Source: a virus (Duplodnaviria > Heunggongvirae > Uroviricota > Caudoviricetes). From it: 5,041 bases of DNA. The stretch lies in the IMG/VR virus record IMGVR_UViG_2690316066_000008; one strand, 5' to 3'. Below are positions 1-5,041 of the stretch, in pieces. The first letter of the stretch is position 1; each line of letters opens with the position of its first letter. Made by a program: the position numbers and the translations under genes. The notes under the pieces are model-generated. The model had not been told where the DNA came from. It was given only the letters and a program-made list of their open reading frames with translations, and ran no database searches.

Positions 1-2920
<2,920 letters not shown>

Positions 2921-2946
<26 letters not shown>

Positions 2947-3466
2947 TCAGCAACCCCGGTATCAGTTCATCCAGCGCGGCTGCTTTGTTCATGGCTTTGA
3001 TGATATCCCGTTTCAGGAAATCAACATGTCGGTTTTCCAGTTCCGGAAAACGCCGCTGCACCGACAGGGGGATCCCGTCGAGAATACTGGCAATTTCACC
3101 TGCGATCCGCGACAGCACGAAAGAACAGAATGCGGTTTCCACCACTTCAGCGGAGTCTCTGGCATTTTTCAGCTCCTGTGCGTCGGCCTGCGCACGCGTA
3201 AGTCGATGGCGTTCGTACTCAATAGTCCCTGGCTGGAGATCTGTCTCGCTGGCCTGTCGCAGTTCTTCAACCTCCCGGCGCAGCTTTTCGTTCTCAATTT
3301 TAGCATCCCTTTCGGCATACCATTTTATGACGGCGGCAGAGTCATAAAGCACCTCATTACCCTTCCCACCGCCTCGCAGAACGGGCATTCCCTGCTCCTG
3401 CCAGTTCTGAATGGTACGGATACTCGCGCCGAAAATGTCAGCCAGCTGCTTTTTGTTGACTTCCAT
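2921..3466 (-). CDS. Nu1: Terminase small subunit gpNu1 (181 aa; N-terminal winged-HTH that binds cosB R-sites)
   Basis: 181-aa ORF starting MEVNKKQLADIFGASIRTIQNWQEQGMPVLRGGGKGNEVLYDSAAVIKWYAERDA, recognised as lambda Nu1. Its 3' end overlaps the A start by 26 nt (2921-2946) in a different frame, as in lambda. It sits immediately downstream (on the minus strand) of the cosB repeats. Confidence 0.96.
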
Positions 3467-3487
3467 TGTTCATTCCACGGACAAAAA

Positions 3488-3605
3488 CAGAGAAAGGAAA
3501 CGACAGAAGCCAAAAAGCCCGTTTTCAGCACCTGTCGTTTCCTTTCTTTTTAGAGGGTGTTTTAAATAAAAACATTAAGTTACGACGAAGAAGAACGGAA
3601 ACACC
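3488..3605. promoter_or_regulatory. cosB: terminase (Nu1) binding region with R1, R2, R3 elements and an AT-rich spacer at the expected IHF (I1) position
   Basis: R1 at 3491-3506 (agaaaggaaacgacag) and R2 at 3532-3547 (ctgtcgtttcctttct) form a perfect 16-bp inverted repeat. A third related GGAAAC-containing copy (R3) lies at about 3590-3605 (agaacggaaacacc). The AT-rich segment 3551-3586 separates R3 from R2. Arrangement and sequence match lambda cosB as I recall it. Confidence 0.85.
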
Positions 3606-3643
3606 TTAAACCGGAAAATTTTCATAAATAGCGAAAACCCGCG

Positions 3644-3655
3644 AGGTCGCCGCCC
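3644..3655. other. cosN: the 12-nt cohesive-end sequence, present here in joined (uncut) form
   Basis: Plus strand reads aggtcgccgccc, i.e. GGGCGGCGACCT on the minus strand, the lambda cohesive end. It is followed by cgtaacctgtcggatc, the reverse complement of the lambda right-terminal sequence. Nu1 starts 188 nt away at 3466. Confidence 0.88.
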
Positions 3656-3678
3656 CGTAACCTGTCGGATCGCCGGAA

Positions 3679-3685
3679 AGGACCC
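3679..3685. promoter_or_regulatory. cosQ-like element (packaging-termination signal)
   Basis: aggaccc on the plus strand equals GGGTCCT on the minus strand, ending 23 nt from the right cohesive-end junction. This matches my recollection of the cosQ heptamer and its spacing; not independently verifiable here. Confidence 0.55.
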
Positions 3686-3854
3686 GCAAAATGATAATAA
3701 TTATCATCTACATGTCACAACGTGCATCTACGCCATCAAACCACGTCAAATAATCAATTATGACGCAGGTATCGTATTAATTGATCCGCATCAACTTAAC
3801 GTAAAAACAACTTCAGACAATACAAATCAGCGACACTGAATACGGGGCAACCTC

Positions 3855-4049
3855 ATGTCAACGAAGAACAGAACCCGCAGAACAACAACCCGCAACATCC
3901 GCTTTCCTAACCAAATGATTGAACAAATTAACATCGCTCTTGATCAAAAAGGGTCCGGGAATTTCTCAGCCTGGGTCATTGAAGCCTGCCGTCGGAGGCT
4001 AACGTCAGAAAAGAGAGCATATACATCAATTAAAAGTGATGAAGAATGA
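3855..4049 (+). CDS. ylcI: Small basic protein with predicted ribbon-helix-helix (Arc/MetJ-like) DNA-binding fold; ylcI-like (DUF3950-type) accessory ORF
   Basis: 64-aa ORF with ATG at 3855 and a weak GGGG Shine-Dalgarno-like run at 3844-3847. The segment TRNIRFPNQMIEQINIALDQKGSGNFSAWVIEACRRRL has the RHH pattern: alternating polar/hydrophobic beta-strand (N-I-R-F-P, compare Arc F-N-L-R-W-P), helix A, G-x-S/N turn, helix B. Size, position (between ybcW-like and cos) and opposite orientation match ylcI of E. coli prophage DLP12 as I recall it. Symbol assigned from memory. Confidence 0.6.
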   Translation: MSTKNRTRRTTTRNIRFPNQMIEQINIALDQKGSGNFSAWVIEACRRRLTSEKRAYTSIKSDEE

Positions 4050-4142
4050 ACATCCCGCGTTCTTCCCTCCGAACAGGACGATATTGTAAATTCACTTAAT
4101 TACGAGGGCATTGCAGTAATTGAGTTGCAGTTTTACCACTTT

Positions 4143-4180
4143 CCTGACAGTGACAGACTGCGTGTTGGCTCTGTCACAGG
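4143..4180. repeat. Imperfect hairpin / hexamer-repeat cluster (TGACAG x2 direct, CTGTCA x1 inverted) between convergent ylcI-like and ybcW-like genes
   Basis: cctgacagtgacaga-ctgcgtgttggc-tctgtcacagg. The segment 4150-4157 (gtgacaga) pairs with 4170-4177 (tctgtcac) as an 8-bp stem with a 12-nt loop. The outer cctg/cagg can extend the stem with a bulge. No clear U-tract on either strand. Confidence 0.4.
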
Positions 4181-4213
4181 TTAAGTAGTTTGAATGATTA
4201 GCAGTTATGGTGA

Positions 4214-4420
4214 TCAGTCAACCACCAGGGAATAATCCTTCATATTATTATCGTGCTTCACCAACGCTGCCTCAATTGCCCTGAATGCTTCCAGAGACAC
4301 CTTATGTTCTATACATGCAATTACAACATCAGGGTAACTCATAGAAATGGTGCTATTAAGCATATTTTTTACACGAATCAGATCCACGGAGGGATCATCA
4401 GCAGATTGTTCTTTATTCAT
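4214..4420 (-). CDS. ybcW: Small hypothetical protein (68 aa), ybcW / lambda lambdap79-like
   Basis: [71 protein letters not shown] with GGAG Shine-Dalgarno 7 nt upstream of the ATG at 4420 (minus-strand reading GGAGCGACAAAATG). Position relative to cos matches the 68-aa ORF I recall near the lambda right end. No recognisable functional motif. Symbol assigned from memory. Confidence 0.6.
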
Positions 4421-4468
4421 TTTGTCGCTCCATGCGCTTGCTCTTCATCTAGCGGTTAAAATATTACT

Positions 4469-4494
4469 TCAAATCTTTCTGTATGAAGATTTGA
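4469..4494 (-). terminator. Candidate weak stem-loop upstream of ybcW-like on the minus strand (9-bp AU-rich stem, 8-nt loop, followed by AGUAAUAUUUUAA)
   Basis: tcaaatctt (4469-4477) pairs with aagatttga (4486-4494). On the minus strand the hairpin is followed by a moderately U-rich tract. The stem has only 2 G:C pairs, so terminator function is doubtful; it could equally be a 5'-UTR structure or a protein-binding site. Confidence 0.25.
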
Positions 4495-4582
4495 GCACGT
4501 TGGCCTTACATACATCTGTCGGTTGTATTTCCCTCCAGAATGCCAGCAGGACCGCACTTTGTTACGCAACCAATACTATTAA

Positions 4583-4867
4583 TTGAAAACATTCCTAATA
4601 TTTGACATAAATCATCAACAAAACACAAAGAGGTCAGACCAGATTGAAACGATAAAAACGATAATGCAAACTACGCGCCCTCGTATCACATGGAAGGTTT
4701 TACCAATGGCTCAGGTTGCCATTTTTAAAGAAATATTCGATCAAGTGCGAAAAGATTTAAACTGTGAATTGTTTTATTCTGAACTAAAACGTCACAATGT
4801 CTCACATTATATTTACTATCTAGCCACAGATAATATTCACATTGTGTTAGAAAACGATAACACTGTG
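4583..4867 (+). pseudogene. ybcV: ybcV / lambdap78-like hypothetical protein (DUF1398-type, as I recall), 5' portion only, truncated by IS1 insertion
   Basis: The plus-strand ORF reads ...[69 protein letters not shown], then crosses the IS1 terminus at 4868 and stops after 26 IS1-derived codons at 4946-4948. The start is ambiguous: TTG at 4583 (longest ORF) or ATG at 4664, with AAGAGG at 4628-4633. A possible sigma70-like promoter is TTGAAA (4583-4588) / CATAAA (4606-4611). Symbol assigned from memory. Confidence 0.6.
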
Positions 4868-5041
4868 GGTAATGACTCCAACTTATTGATAGTGTTTTAT
4901 GTTCAGATAATGCCCGATGACTTTGTCATGCAGCTCCACCGATTTTGAGAACGACAGCGACTTCCGTCCCAGCCGTGCCAGGTGCTGCCTCAGATTCAGG
5001 TTATGCCGCTCAATTCGCTGCGTATATCGCTTGCTGATTAC
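4868..5041 (-). mobile_element. IS1 insertion sequence, right end (partial; about 174 of ~768 bp, continuing beyond the window)
   Basis: From 4868 the sequence is the reverse complement of the IS1 right end. The terminal inverted repeat ggtaatgactccaacttattgat is at 4868-4890, followed by sequence encoding the InsB C-terminus on the minus strand. The junction with phage DNA is at 4867/4868 (+/- 1 nt). Confidence 0.93.
4883..5041 (-). CDS. insB: IS1 transposase InsB (InsAB') C-terminal portion (partial, 5' end outside window)
   Basis: Minus-strand translation reads ...[52 protein letters not shown] with stop TAA at 4885-4883 (complement of tta), 15 nt inside the IS1 terminus. Recognised as the IS1 InsB C-terminus. 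Confidence 0.88.
   Translation of the reverse strand, partial: VISKRYTQRIERHNLNLRQHLARLGRKSLSFSKSVELHDKVIGHYLNIKHYQ

Noticed and set aside
2985-3553. ORFs 2985-3347 (+) and 3026-3553 (+) antisense to Nu1, and 3325-3531 (-) overlapping the Nu1 5' region and cosB
   Set aside because: They overlap the recognised Nu1 gene or the cosB repeats, and their products are low-complexity (Ser/Arg/Cys-rich) without motifs. The cosB repeats are DNA sites, not coding sequence.
3488-3720. Apparent point differences from reference lambda in cosB and the cosQ-proximal region
   Set aside because: These rest on my memory of the lambda sequence and cannot be verified without an alignment. I report them only as a caveat, not as variants.
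3855-4420. Idea that the ylcI-like (RHH) and ybcW-like genes form a toxin-antitoxin pair
   Set aside because: The two genes are convergent (ylcI-like on plus, ybcW-like on minus) rather than co-directional in one operon, and the ybcW-like protein has no recognisable toxin fold. The RHH gene is more likely a stand-alone regulator.
4253-4586. Plus-strand ORFs 4253-4459 and 4347-4586 overlapping the ybcW-like gene and the intergenic region
   Set aside because: They are antisense to, or overlap, a better-supported ORF with a good Shine-Dalgarno sequence. The products are Cys/His-rich or hydrophobic with no recognisable signature. I cannot exclude a small protein but have no positive evidence.
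4583-4663. Start codon choice for the ybcV-like ORF (TTG at 4583 versus ATG at 4664)
   Set aside because: Not resolvable from sequence alone. The only strong Shine-Dalgarno-like element (AAGAGG at 4628-4633) is not correctly spaced from an in-frame canonical start. I kept the longest ORF coordinates but flagged the ambiguity rather than asserting an N-terminus.

Overview
This window is the DNA-packaging (cos) region of a phage lambda-type genome, presented as the reverse complement of the usual lambda map; the identification rests on recognising the proteins and cos sequence from memory, with no database search run. Reading right to left on the minus strand: the portal gene B (first ~273 codons, running off the window start), W, the terminase large subunit A (641 aa) and the terminase small subunit Nu1 (181 aa), all tightly overlapping. 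Upstream of Nu1 lies a joined cos site (cosB R-sites, cosN, cosQ), so the DNA is in prophage, circular or concatemeric form, not a linear virion end. Beyond cos is the AT-rich end of the phage right arm with three small accessory ORFs of unknown function: a 64-aa ORF with a clear Arc/MetJ-type ribbon-helix-helix signature (ylcI-like), a 68-aa ORF (ybcW/lambdap79-like), and a ybcV/lambdap78-like ORF cut short at 4867/4868 by an IS1 insertion that runs to the window end. No tRNA, rRNA or CRISPR array is evident. I see no novel multi-gene system here; the most interesting points are the RHH prediction for the small cos-proximal ORF, the IS1 disruption, and a few conserved-looking repeat structures in the accessory segment.
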